From positions 1 through 57,810 of the IMG/VR virus record IMGVR_UViG_3300007735_000761: DNA of 57,810 nucleotides; one strand, given 5' to 3'. This document shows positions 18,273 through 27,714 of the stretch, one piece after another (position 1 is the stretch's first letter; the number at the start of each line of letters is the position of its first letter). The notes beneath the pieces are model-generated. The model made no database searches and was not told where the DNA came from. It worked only from the letters and a program-made list of their open reading frames with translations. The stretch is from a virus (Duplodnaviria; Caudoviricetes). The position numbers and the translations under genes are program-made.

Positions 18273-19201
18273 ATCGTCCCACCCCTTAACTTGTACTCGA
18301 CCCAGTTAGGACCCGAGTTTACCTGCTCACCGGGGATGAGATCAGGGACGTATAAATGGTTCTCGCAGCCTTGCTCTTGAGCTGGCATGTCTAAGTCTTT
18401 ATTGTGCAATTCACACTTCCACCCGCCCTCTTGCTGCGGGCTACTGTGCAAACAAGTGCGGCACGATTTGCGCTTCGGCAGCTCGTCTTCGTGACACATA
18501 CTGCGAAACGAACAGTACTTGCACTCGTGCCATGCTGGATCGCTGGAAATCTTGAGCGCAGGGCGGGGAGAGAAGATGATGCGTCTTGCCCGCTCTATGT
18601 ACTTCTCGGCTTCGCCCGGATCGTATTCTGTTACAACACTTGTTAGATCCCGCACCCCCGGCGACCCTGCCGTCAGGTAATGCTTCTTAGCGCCGAAGAA
18701 GTGCATGTAAATCTGAGCCTGTGCGTAATACACAATGTCCCAGTTTTTAAGCGCCGTGCTTTGATCAGAGTCCGTTAGCTTTTGCAGCTTCTTGAACTTC
18801 TGCTCGTTGACGATCTTGCACTCCCATACATACAACGTATGGGCATCTTGCAAAAGCCCGGTTAGCAGCCCGTCGCAGTTGCCGCGAAAGTGCCCGCCCA
18901 AATGCTCGAAAGAATGCTGAACACCGGGTTCCTTTTCCGTGGAAAGGTCCAACCCCGGAACCATCCGGAGCAGATCTGCAACGACCTGTTCGCCCCGATG
19001 TCCATCATTGATTCGTCGTAGCCCCGCAGCCTCAATGAAGCCGCGCTTAACCCACCTGAAGTTCAACCACAATTTGCGGTCACAGGGGTCTCCAATGGCC
19101 GATGCTCCAAGGTAAGGACGACTCCTTACTTCCTGAGTATTTTCAAGTGCATTATCTATTGCCCGTAAAGTCAGATCTTCAAGTTCTGGTAGCTTGACCA
19201 T
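18251..19201 (-). CDS. Cas4-like PD-(D/E)XK exonuclease
   Basis: YLGASAIGDPCDRKLW, DG..WECK, YYAQAQIYM, C-terminal Cys cluster. Confidence 0.85.
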   Translation of the reverse strand: MVKLPELEDLTLRAIDNALENTQEVRSRPYLGASAIGDPCDRKLWLNFRWVKRGFIEAAGLRRINDGHRGEQVVADLLRMVPGLDLSTEKEPGVQHSFEHLGGHFRGNCDGLLTGLLQDAHTLYVWECKIVNEQKFKKLQKLTDSDQSTALKNWDIVYYAQAQIYMHFFGAKKHYLTAGSPGVRDLTSVVTEYDPGEAEKYIERARRIIFSPRPALKISSDPAWHECKYCSFRSMCHEDELPKRKSCRTCLHSSPQQEGGWKCELHNKDLDMPAQEQGCENHLYVPDLIPGEQVNSGPNWVEYKLRGGTIWIDTAK

Positions 19202-19286
19202 GCCCCCTCCCAAAGAGGGCGCGACACGCGGGGGAGCAAATAGTAGGTGGGGGGATACTGCTCTCCCGAATGCCGCGCCCCGCTAG

Positions 19287-19769
19287 TTACTTCTTATGAC
19301 GTTCCCAAGGCTTCGCCGTTGCAGCGCCGGTTGATGCCGGAGCAGCCGCAGCCGCAGGAGCCGTGCTTACGCCATTGAGGGACATGTACGCCGGTCGGGC
19401 TTCCAGAGCACCCTGCTTGTTTTCCTTGTGGGTGATGGCAACCTTCAGCGGCTTGTTGTGCAACTGCACCGAGTCAGTCGGCAGGTTCTCAAAGTTGAGT
19501 GCCGAGCAAATGTTGGCCAGTTGCTTGCGGGCGATCTTGACCGCAGCCTCGTTCTTGTTGAACAGGTTCAAGCGGTCCCAGAACTTACGGCCCGCGTACT
19601 TCGGGCCAAGGATGCTGAACTCCAGCCAGAGATACTGACCGTCGCCCGCCTTCGTTGCGCGCAGTTCCGAGTCCACGATCTGCATCTGGTACTCACCAGC
19701 GGGCAGAATCTCAGGCGAGTCCTCGCCCATGTTCTGGAAGTCAGCAGGATTCAAATTTAAAAGCGCCAT
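19287..19769 (-). CDS. ssDNA-binding protein (DUF669-like)
   Basis: LPAGEY, GRKFWDRLNL, C-terminal PW tail. Confidence 0.8.
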   Translation of the reverse strand: MALLNLNPADFQNMGEDSPEILPAGEYQMQIVDSELRATKAGDGQYLWLEFSILGPKYAGRKFWDRLNLFNKNEAAVKIARKQLANICSALNFENLPTDSVQLHNKPLKVAITHKENKQGALEARPAYMSLNGVSTAPAAAAAPASTGAATAKPWERHKK

Positions 19770-19773
19770 GGTC

Positions 19774-20538
19774 TTACTCTCCTACGATGTTGTTCATAGC
19801 GGTGCCCAATGCATCCGCAAACTTTGGGTAATCAAGCGGCAGAATGTCCGGCAGCGGCCAACGTGACTTGGCTTGCCAACCCGGTCGCTCTTGCGTGTAG
19901 ATGACGCGATTGCCTGTGCCCACCGCACGAGTGACTTTTTGGTTGAAGCCAACGTCGCTCTTAACGGTCGAGTACTGCTGATTCGCAAACATCAGAATGT
20001 CGCACCACTCGCTAATCAGACTGGCGCTGCCGTGATGCAGATCCAACTGATAGCGGTCATACGGGTCCGCAAGCGGGTCATCGAATCGCTTGACTTGCGT
20101 ATGAGCAAGCAGAATCACCTGCATGTTCTTCACATTACGCAAATGGTCAAGCCCGTCGAGTAGTTGCTTCCAATACTCCGTCGCTGCCTTGTAGCCACGC
20201 CCGTAGCCAATGGCGTCGATGGTCGGGACGTTGTTGTCCTTCGCCACGCGCTTATGGACGAGTTGCTCTGCCCAATCCGCAGAGTCAAGCACCACGGTGT
20301 TGAAGTCGTGATCCTCGGCTGCGAGTGCGCCAATAGCGTCCATGATGTCGTCCATTGACTGGCAGACCGGGAACGCATTGACGTTGATTGCATCCAATCC
20401 TTCTTCGGTCACGATGTAGACCGGGTTCGGGGCTTGTGACGCAAAGGTTGATTTACCGATGCCGTGAGTGCCGTACACCACAATGCGCGGCGGACGAGCA
20501 ACTCCAGTCTTTCTCAGGCTGCTTAATGAAATAGCCAT
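19774..20538 (-). CDS. Sak4-like AAA ATPase recombinase (AAA_24)
   Basis: YGTHGIGKST Walker A; TVVLDS Walker B; GYGRGY; AKSR. Confidence 0.9.
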   Translation of the reverse strand: MAISLSSLRKTGVARPPRIVVYGTHGIGKSTFASQAPNPVYIVTEEGLDAINVNAFPVCQSMDDIMDAIGALAAEDHDFNTVVLDSADWAEQLVHKRVAKDNNVPTIDAIGYGRGYKAATEYWKQLLDGLDHLRNVKNMQVILLAHTQVKRFDDPLADPYDRYQLDLHHGSASLISEWCDILMFANQQYSTVKSDVGFNQKVTRAVGTGNRVIYTQERPGWQAKSRWPLPDILPLDYPKFADALGTAMNNIVGE

Positions 20539-20539
20539 C

Positions 20540-20914
20540 TCATGCTCCCATGACGATTTGAACGGTGGTTTTTGCAGGTTCCACAGTCAGCGCCGGAGCG
20601 AGGATTTTGTAGAACGCTGGTTCGTTGTTGGCGAGATACTTCACGCCAGTCTCATCCAAAGCGCGCTTCACCGGCCAGAGTGACTCGGGGATCTTGCTCG
20701 ACACTTGGTCAAACTTTTCCCAGTCAATCTTGCGATTCACGCGCCCGGTAATCGTGACTTTGAAGTCACCGATACTGTGGGTCTTGCTGCCCTCGTCTCG
20801 CTTACCCAATACGGTAACGAGCTCTTCTTCAAGTTGGATGCGCTGACGCTGCGCTTCCTTCTCCATCTGCTTCGCAGCGAACAAGTCGGCTGCAATTTCG
20901 ATCTCATTTCGCAT
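20540..20914 (-). CDS. Conserved phage protein of the Sak4 module
   Basis: First gene of the leftward replication operon; AAGGA SD. Confidence 0.7.
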   Translation of the reverse strand: MRNEIEIAADLFAAKQMEKEAQRQRIQLEEELVTVLGKRDEGSKTHSIGDFKVTITGRVNRKIDWEKFDQVSSKIPESLWPVKRALDETGVKYLANNEPAFYKILAPALTVEPAKTTVQIVMGA

Positions 20915-21005
20915 AACGGTTTCCTTGTTTAGTGTTCAGTTTTCAGGTTTGGGACATGGGACAAGACCGGACAAAGCCGGACAATTCCTCCCATGTCCGA
21001 AGTGG

Positions 21006-21047
21006 ACGTTACTCCCACTTGTGACGAAATGCAAGCGGTGGCATGAT
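21006..21047. promoter_or_regulatory. Overlapping divergent sigma70-type promoters
   Basis: Leftward TTGCAT-17-TAACGT (21034 to 21006); rightward TTGTGA-17-CATGAT (21019 to 21047). Confidence 0.6.
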
Positions 21048-21069
21048 GTCACCATTCCTAGGAGGACAA

Positions 21070-21423
21070 ATGACCCTTAACGAATGGCTTGAGCGAAATT
21101 GCTTGACGCACGAAGAGTTCGCTGATATGTGCGGCTGCACTCGTTCGGCGGTAACCCGGTGGGTCTTGGGGGCTCGACTGCCGCACCCCAAGTGGCTGAA
21201 GGTAATCCACCGCAAAACCAAAGGTCAAGTCACGATGTTCCGGCAGGGGCAGAACGACCGTGAGCGAGCGTTTATTTTGCTCTACACACGGGGGTTTACC
21301 GTAGAAGCTGCGGCGAAAAGGCTGCGTATTCACCGCAATACTCTCTCCAAGTTTTTCAGAGGGCAGGCTCAGACGCCGCCCGAAATCGTGTCACGTATAT
21401 ACAAATTAGCGGGGTTGGAATGA
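21070..21423 (+). CDS. Cro-like regulator with two HTH domains
   Basis: AGGAGG SD; THEEFADMCGCTRSAVTRW and TVEAAAKRLRIHRNTLSKF. Confidence 0.8.
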   Translation: MTLNEWLERNCLTHEEFADMCGCTRSAVTRWVLGARLPHPKWLKVIHRKTKGQVTMFRQGQNDRERAFILLYTRGFTVEAAAKRLRIHRNTLSKFFRGQAQTPPEIVSRIYKLAGLE

Positions 21424-21797
21424 TTGATCTCGTCATCTACGGTAAGCCCGTAGGCAAGGCGCGTCCACGCTTTGGCCGAAACAAGAAAGGCGGCGTGGTG
21501 ACTTACACGCCACAAGAAACCAAGTTGTACGAGCAGGGCGTTCAAACGCTCGCGCAAGTTGCTATGTTCGGAAAGTCCATGCTAGAAGGGCCGGTGAAGG
21601 TCACGATTAAAGCGTACTTTCAGCACAGCAAAAAAACAGGATGGCACATCTCGCGTCCGGATCTTGACAACATCGTCAAGGCAATCCTCGACGGCTTGAA
21701 CGGCACCGTATTCAGCGACGACGCTGTGGTGTGTCAGCTTGTTGCCTCTAAAGAATACGGCGAAGAACGAGTTGAGGTTCAAGTCGAAAATGTCTGA
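21420..21797 (+). CDS. rusA: RusA-family Holliday junction resolvase
   Basis: GKPVGKARPRF; RPDLDNIVKAILDGLNG..DD. Confidence 0.9.
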   Translation: MIDLVIYGKPVGKARPRFGRNKKGGVVTYTPQETKLYEQGVQTLAQVAMFGKSMLEGPVKVTIKAYFQHSKKTGWHISRPDLDNIVKAILDGLNGTVFSDDAVVCQLVASKEYGEERVEVQVENV

Positions 21798-24030
21798 CAG
21801 TTACATTGATCAATACGCCGCGAAACTCGTAGACGGCGGCTATCGCATCATTCCCATCATGCCGGGGACTAAGCGCCCCGGTCGCTACGATGGCGAGAAG
21901 TGGGGCGATCTAGCTCGTTGGACCGAGATCGACGCGCAGCAAGTTCATATCGACTTGTGGGCTAAATGGCCGGGATGCGGCATCGGCATCCTTACGGGTG
22001 AAGTCGTTGCTATCGACATCGACGTTCTGGATGAAAGCATTGCCGTAGCCATTGGGGAAGTCTTCCAAAAGAAGCTCGGTCGCACCGACATGATCCGCGT
22101 GGGTAAGGCTCCAAAGGCGCTTTACCTCTACCGGACATTAGAGCCCTTTACTAAGATTTCGCTGCACCCGATTGAAGTGCTCGCACAGGGCCAGCAGTTT
22201 GTGGCCTATGCCACGCATCCCGAAACCGGCAAGCCTTACGCATGGCCGTTGGATGCTCCGCACGAAGTCCCGGTCAAGGCGCTTCCCATTGTCACCCGCG
22301 AGCAAGTGCTGGAGGCCGCTGAGGAAGCCTATAAAGCCCTCCCGCCCAATTTGCGGCGTACCCGGCTCGTCACTACGGTTGTGCCAGACAAGGACGCTAA
22401 AACGTCCTACGACGGTCTTGTGGGCACCATGGCGGCGGTTGAGGACGCGCTCAAGTTTGTTCCGAATCCTGATTTGTCTTGGGACGATTGGAACCGCATC
22501 GGCATGGCGATCTACTGCGCGACCGAAGCCAAGGGTCTGCATATCTTCGATCAATGGTCGCGTGAGTCAGGCAAGTACAACAGTCTCGAAACCACCCAAC
22601 GGTGGGAGCACTACAGCAAATCGCCGCCCTCCAAAATTGGCGCGGGTACGCTTTACTACTTCGCGCAAAAGAACGGCTGGGCACCGCCTCCGCATCTTGA
22701 TCTCAACCCGCAAGTCCGCGCCGTCAAGGTAGACCTGACCGGGCTTAAAGAACCGAAGAAAATGCCTCGCAGTACTCGCGAGAACTTTCCGCAGGATTGG
22801 TTCACAAGCCCCTCTCTTGTCGGTCGCGTCACGCGCTGGATCAATGCGACCTCGCAGCAACCACAACCCACCTTCGCACTTGCGAACGCGCTTGCCATGT
22901 TCGGGGCAATCTTTGGGCGGCGCTACGCCATGGCGCATCTCAATACACGCTGCAACCTCTTTGTGATTGCCGTCGCCAAAACAGGTGCGGGTAAGGATCA
23001 CTCCCGGCAGCGCATCAAGGAACTCATGGCCGCAGCGGGATTGCACCAGATTATCTGTGGCGACCGCTTCAGTTCTGGCGTAGCCATCCTGCGAACGCTT
23101 TTTGAGTTCCCCTCGCGCATCAGTCACCTCGACGAGATGGGCCTGTACCTTCAGAGCTTGACCGCCAAGAACGCTGCAAGCCATCAGCGCGACATCATCA
23201 AGACCTTGCTTGAAGTCTATTCCAGCAGCGGTGGCATGTATCACGGTCAAGAATATGCGGACGTTACGAACCGCATCCGCTACGACATCAATCAGCCTAA
23301 CTTCAACTTCTTCGGCACGACCACGCCGCGCACGCTGATCCCGGCGTTGAACTTCGACATGGTGGATAACGGTACGCTCTCGCGCTTCCTGCTTATCCCT
23401 CCGTTTGAAGACTATCCCGACACGCAGATGCCGGAAGCCATCCCGGTTCCCGAAGACATCGTGAAAGACATCATGGACTCGTACAACGTCGTCCCGGCGG
23501 GAGTGGGCAACCTTGCAAATCAACCCTCGTTGCCCAACTCGCCCGTGGTGCCCATGGTGGTGCATTGGGAGGCTACGGCGTTCGATGAATACAAGGCCGT
23601 CAGAGACTGGCAGCTCAAGCAGTCGCGCTCGGATGACGCTCTCTGGGTGCGCTATAGCGAACTCACCGTCAAACTCGCCATGATCGAAGCCATAGCGCGT
23701 GATCCCATATCGCCTACCGTGACCTTTGAAATCTTTAAGATGGCGAATGATTTGGTGCGCTGGTCGTTCAATTACACGGCAGACTTGATCCACCGCGAAG
23801 TGGCAGAGAACGAAATCGAAGCCTCACACAAGCGCGTCTTGAACTTCATCCGTAAGCAGGGCGAAGCCGGAGCCAGTAGCACTCAACTGGCTAAGTCCTT
23901 GCAGGGCATGAAAGCCCGCGACCGCAACGAGATACTTCAGACGCTGCTGGAGTCCGGCGACATCGTGGAGGATGTCATCTCCAAGGAGGGGCCGGGGCGT
24001 AGCCGTAGGGTTTACAGGCTCAGGAAGTGA
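21790..24030 (+). CDS. Primase-polymerase / PriCT-2 / helicase (DUF3987-like) fusion
   Basis: AIDID and HPETG (Prim-Pol); WNRIGMA..WS..SGKY (PriCT-2); AKTGAGKD and LDE ATPase motifs. Confidence 0.9.
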   Translation: MSDSYIDQYAAKLVDGGYRIIPIMPGTKRPGRYDGEKWGDLARWTEIDAQQVHIDLWAKWPGCGIGILTGEVVAIDIDVLDESIAVAIGEVFQKKLGRTDMIRVGKAPKALYLYRTLEPFTKISLHPIEVLAQGQQFVAYATHPETGKPYAWPLDAPHEVPVKALPIVTREQVLEAAEEAYKALPPNLRRTRLVTTVVPDKDAKTSYDGLVGTMAAVEDALKFVPNPDLSWDDWNRIGMAIYCATEAKGLHIFDQWSRESGKYNSLETTQRWEHYSKSPPSKIGAGTLYYFAQKNGWAPPPHLDLNPQVRAVKVDLTGLKEPKKMPRSTRENFPQDWFTSPSLVGRVTRWINATSQQPQPTFALANALAMFGAIFGRRYAMAHLNTRCNLFVIAVAKTGAGKDHSRQRIKELMAAAGLHQIICGDRFSSGVAILRTLFEFPSRISHLDEMGLYLQSLTAKNAASHQRDIIKTLLEVYSSSGGMYHGQEYADVTNRIRYDINQPNFNFFGTTTPRTLIPALNFDMVDNGTLSRFLLIPPFEDYPDTQMPEAIPVPEDIVKDIMDSYNVVPAGVGNLANQPSLPNSPVVPMVVHWEATAFDEYKAVRDWQLKQSRSDDALWVRYSELTVKLAMIEAIARDPISPTVTFEIFKMANDLVRWSFNYTADLIHREVAENEIEASHKRVLNFIRKQGEAGASSTQLAKSLQGMKARDRNEILQTLLESGDIVEDVISKEGPGRSRRVYRLRK

Positions 24031-24067
24031 AAAAAATCCCCGGAGGAACTTACGCTCAACTCCGGGG
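24031..24067 (-). terminator. Intrinsic terminator of the leftward early operon
   Basis: ccccggag/ctccgggg stem with A6 on the left; convergent junction. Confidence 0.75.
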
Positions 24068-24123
24068 CAACACCCTTATCGGGTGACTCTCTAGGAGAAA
24101 CAACGAGATAGCACAGCCCGAGA

Positions 24124-24339
24124 TTACTCCCTCGGATCGTTGCCTGCAAGCCACTCCACGTACCACAGGGTTTTACGGGCGTCCTGCTCCACGGCGTCCT
24201 TATGCCCAAGCCGCCAGAGGTAAGCAATCGCGGTGCCCTTCAAGAACCCCCGCCACTCCTCCGGGGTGAGAGCTGACCGGATGGCATCAATGCACTCAAT
24301 CTCACCCTTCTTGTAGTGACTTGGATTTACGGGATCCAT
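24124..24339 (-). CDS. DUF3310 (T7 gp1.7 / SaV-like) protein
   Basis: DPVNPSHY..IECIDAI..YLWR.GHK..D..K..WY. Confidence 0.85.
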   Translation of the reverse strand: MDPVNPSHYKKGEIECIDAIRSALTPEEWRGFLKGTAIAYLWRLGHKDAVEQDARKTLWYVEWLAGNDPRE

Positions 24340-24520
24340 TTGTGGTTCCTTTCTTCTTGGCCCTTCGCTTGGCGTGACTGAGTACTGCCATTCGCTGATA
24401 GTGCTCTTTAGATCGCCGCTTCTTATCTCCTGAAGCAGCGCTTCCGCCTCGGCTTCCGATAGTCGCCAAGTATTCTCTGATGGCATCTTTGGCTCCGCTT
24501 ATGTCTTGCTTCTTAACCAT
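24302..24520 (-). CDS. Small basic protein
   Basis: YLATIGSRGG motif; GGAAG SD. Confidence 0.55.
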   Translation of the reverse strand: MVKKQDISGAKDAIREYLATIGSRGGSAASGDKKRRSKEHYQRMAVLSHAKRRAKKKGTTNGSRKSKSLQEG

Positions 24521-24702
24521 TCTACTTCCCTTTTCAACGTCAAAATTTCTTGTTGTAACGCCGTCGCTTCAGCCCACAGTCCAGCTTCGCGCATCTTGGC
24601 TAAAGCCTTCTCCACCCTGTCAGCTTGATTCTGCCCGTAGCCCCACGGCGCTCTTTCAAGTTCGGTTTTCCAAGAGCCGGGTCCGCTAATGTTGTCGATC
24701 AT
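24499..24702 (-). CDS. Hypothetical protein
   Basis: MIDN..PGSW..EL.R.PW.YGQ; coupled ORF. Confidence 0.55.
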   Translation of the reverse strand: MIDNISGPGSWKTELERAPWGYGQNQADRVEKALAKMREAGLWAEATALQQEILTLKREVEWLRSKT

Positions 24703-26068
24703 GCTCCATCCCCTCCAGTTCTTTAGTGACGGCTTCAATCACGTTGTCCCACGGTGCAATCATATTGTCGCGTGAGAAAATCTTAATGCTCGGATACCAC
24801 GCGCTCATGTCGCCATCCTTGTTGCCCCAGTACCAGAGCTTGTTGGCATCCATTAGCAGCACCTTACATCCCAAAGCCCCGGCCAGATGCACGGTCGAGC
24901 TACTCACGGCAACGATGACATCGCAGAGCGAACAGAGCGCAGCCAGTCCTTCAAAGTCTTTCACCAAGTCCACGCCCGTCGTCACGATGTTCGTACCATG
25001 CGCTCGGTTGAATTCCTCCACGGCATCTCGGCTGCTGCCATATTGCAGGTTCAAAATCTGATACTCATCCTTCAAGAAAGGCAGCATCTCTTGCAGCTTG
25101 ACCGACTTATGCGGCCCGATCTTGATGGCGCTCGACGCCCATGAGATGCCGACCGTCAGCTTGTCCTTGGTGAACCCGGTCTCTGCGCGGTACTTCTCCA
25201 CGAGCTCCGGGTCTGCCTTCAGATACTTGCGGGCAACGTGCGTGTGAATGTCCTTCAGCTCATGAATAAAACACCGGCCCACGCTCGCAAACGGAATGTG
25301 CGAGTCATGCAGATCAGACGGGACTTTCTCAAGGTGCGAGATGAACGTGACCTCCGGCATCGACCGGTTAAAGATCGTCACCAGTCGCGGGTCCACCATG
25401 GCAGTTACCCGGTCCACGTTCTTGCGAATTGCCGGGAGCATAGAAGCGTAAATAATCTGATCGCCAATCCCCTGCTCGCCCCATACCAGCACCGACTTCT
25501 GCTCGGCCCCTAGATTCCATTGCGGCTTGTTACTTTGTAGCGGCCTGCTCTTAAACCGCTCACTATTCCACCGCCTTTCATATAGGGGCCAGCCCGTCTT
25601 GAAATCATTCCGTTGCAAGGCAAGCAACCCCAGAATCCAATTTGAATTCGCGTTACTCGGGTCAATTTCATTCGCCTTCTCAAAGTCTTTCTGCGCTTCA
25701 TCCCAACGGCGCATCTCCCAATTGCATGCACCACGCTGAACAAGTGCATGGCCGTACTTGGGATTGATCTCTAACGCCTTTCCAAAGTCTTCAATTGCGG
25801 AGTCATACTTTTGCAGCTCCCCTTTCACGATGCCTCGGTTCACGTAGTCATCGGCATCCAACTTGCCCCGGCGTTCTGCGGCATCGTAATACCGCTCGGC
25901 CTCGACAAAGTTGCGCTCAATCTGCAAAAGCCGCGCTTTAGCCCGGTAGGGGATAATTTCCTTCGGCGCGAGGGAGATTGCGTAGTTACATAAATCCATC
26001 GCCTCGCCGTACTTCCCGGCTTGGAACGCTGCCTCTAACCTTTTAATAGCTTTTGCGTACTTGTTCAT
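24686..26068 (-). CDS. TPR-repeat + GT-B (GT9-like) glycosyltransferase
   Basis: About five TPRs, then GW.LYERRW..EQGIGD..VGISW..LNLQYG..CDVIVAVSSSTVHLAGALG..WYPS. Confidence 0.85.
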   Translation of the reverse strand: MNKYAKAIKRLEAAFQAGKYGEAMDLCNYAISLAPKEIIPYRAKARLLQIERNFVEAERYYDAAERRGKLDADDYVNRGIVKGELQKYDSAIEDFGKALEINPKYGHALVQRGACNWEMRRWDEAQKDFEKANEIDPSNANSNWILGLLALQRNDFKTGWPLYERRWNSERFKSRPLQSNKPQWNLGAEQKSVLVWGEQGIGDQIIYASMLPAIRKNVDRVTAMVDPRLVTIFNRSMPEVTFISHLEKVPSDLHDSHIPFASVGRCFIHELKDIHTHVARKYLKADPELVEKYRAETGFTKDKLTVGISWASSAIKIGPHKSVKLQEMLPFLKDEYQILNLQYGSSRDAVEEFNRAHGTNIVTTGVDLVKDFEGLAALCSLCDVIVAVSSSTVHLAGALGCKVLLMDANKLWYWGNKDGDMSAWYPSIKIFSRDNMIAPWDNVIEAVTKELEGMEHDRQH

Positions 26069-26736
26069 ATCGTTGCCGCTACTGCCATCCATTCGCGCCC
26101 GTACTCCACTTCGGTCCAGTCCTTAAACCATGGACCGCCTCGCGTCATGTGTACGCCAATCGGGTTCGGGCATTGATCTCGGGTGTACCAACCTTCTAGG
26201 TAGTTATACGCAATCGGCAAGTGTCCGATTACATCGTCGGTCAGCCACTCAAACCTGTGAAGATACGCGGGTGTGGCGACGTTGACCAGTTCTGGCGTGA
26301 GCTTCTTAACTTGTTCATGCTCGCAGTTAATGAACATGAAACTCGACCAGTTCTTTCGGGGGTAGTTGTGCTGAGGTTGGTTATTCATTTTGACCGTTTC
26401 GGTCGGCCTGTAGTCGTGCGGTACTACCAAGCACGCTTTTGCCCCGTGGGCGTAGTCAAGCAAAGTCGCAATGTCCCCCCGGAAAAGAAAATCGCAGTCG
26501 CAAAACAAGGCCCATCCGGAATACCCCGCGAGATATGGAGTCAGAAACCGCGTGAGGCTGAACTCCGTAGACGCGAGCGCATCGACCGGACGCCAATAGA
26601 TGCCCTGTTCGCGCAGCTCGCTCTGCTTTATCGGGACAATCTCTAACGGGATAGATGAGTGCAGCTTGAGCGAGTGAGCGCATACCTGATAGGCAACGTC
26701 CTCGCGGCTGTCCCAGCCAACAAACACTCTAAGCAT
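26065..26736 (-). CDS. GT-A glycosyltransferase (GT8 / CDI-like)
   Basis: VFVGWDSRE, STEFSLTRF, DCD (DxD), YPRKNWSS, HxTxGGPW. Confidence 0.85.
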   Translation of the reverse strand: MLRVFVGWDSREDVAYQVCAHSLKLHSSIPLEIVPIKQSELREQGIYWRPVDALASTEFSLTRFLTPYLAGYSGWALFCDCDFLFRGDIATLLDYAHGAKACLVVPHDYRPTETVKMNNQPQHNYPRKNWSSFMFINCEHEQVKKLTPELVNVATPAYLHRFEWLTDDVIGHLPIAYNYLEGWYTRDQCPNPIGVHMTRGGPWFKDWTEVEYGREWMAVAATI

Positions 26737-27400
26737 TTAAGAAAGCCTCCTTACGGGCGGGGCCTTTGTAGTGCAGGATGTACGGCACGTAGCCCTCGGT
26801 CATCCGGTCGGGCAGGCAGGCGTAATCCATCTCGTGTATCTCACCCACCAGCTCAGGGTAAAGCATGTGTGAATACACCTTGAGCGCCTCCTGATCGCCA
26901 TACCATTGCTTAAAGTTGGCGTTCATAAAGCCCATCAGGATCGCAAGCCCCTTCCATGCGTGATAGTTCTTCGTCACCGTCGCGCAGCCCAAGTAGGGAT
27001 ATAACGTGCCCAAGGGGATGCCGTGGTATTGCTTGAACACTCCGCCCCGCTGCTCGCCGTTAAACCCTACATCACGGTCAAATGAGCGACGGCAGAACAC
27101 GATCTCCCGGTCATCCAGAATCGCAGCCGGGTTAACGGGCAGCATAAAAAGCATATCGGTGTCGATGTACATGGCAGGGCGCATGATCTTCGCCTCCGCA
27201 AAGGCACGGGTGCGCCAGTACATGATCTGCTTAACGTCGCCTTGTGAAATCTTACGCTCCGAGACACCGGGCACTTCCGGCGTGGCATCGTCGGTGCACA
27301 TAATGACTTCAGCCTCCGGCATCACCGCCTTCAGCGAAGCGACCATCTTAGTCGGAAATGTAATGTCCTCGCCCACATGAAAGAAAACAAACAAGCTCAT
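26729..27400 (-). CDS. GT-A glycosyltransferase-like protein
   Basis: YIDTD (DxD), WYGDQEAL, LHYKG.RK. Confidence 0.75.
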   Translation of the reverse strand: MSLFVFFHVGEDITFPTKMVASLKAVMPEAEVIMCTDDATPEVPGVSERKISQGDVKQIMYWRTRAFAEAKIMRPAMYIDTDMLFMLPVNPAAILDDREIVFCRRSFDRDVGFNGEQRGGVFKQYHGIPLGTLYPYLGCATVTKNYHAWKGLAILMGFMNANFKQWYGDQEALKVYSHMLYPELVGEIHEMDYACLPDRMTEGYVPYILHYKGPARKEAFLNA

Positions 27401-27714
27401 GCGTCCTCCAGAGGGTCTCTCAGCATAATGGTCGAAGCATTTGCCGGGGCAGAGTGATACTTAAGTAGCACTTCAGATGCCCGCTCTAGCGTCTGCTTGC
27501 GAATCAATACCGCAAGTTTGCAAATCACATGCGCGTTGCTTTTTTTAGCCACCGCGCCCAAAGTGTCAAACTCACGCGCAATCTTCTCCACATAGTCCCA
27601 CTCGAAAAGTTCCAACTCCCCTTCGGGACTAATCTTGCACCAAACCTTTTCATCCTCTTGGGTCTCCGGTTGAGAAATGTAATCAAAGTTGGTCGGCGTT
27701 AAACTATCGGTCAT
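27397..27714 (-). CDS. Hypothetical protein
   Basis: ATGA-coupled in the operon. Confidence 0.6.
   Translation of the reverse strand: MTDSLTPTNFDYISQPETQEDEKVWCKISPEGELELFEWDYVEKIAREFDTLGAVAKKSNAHVICKLAVLIRKQTLERASEVLLKYHSAPANASTIMLRDPLEDA

Noticed and set aside
18251-19201. CRISPR-Cas system (Cas4-like gene)
   Set aside because: No array or other cas genes; it sits in a standard Sak4/SSB/helicase module
22567-23793. 408-aa antisense ORF
   Set aside because: Shadow of the primase-helicase with no motifs; the other long antisense ORFs (e.g. 3120-3992, 39250-39981, 41005-41733) are rejected likewise
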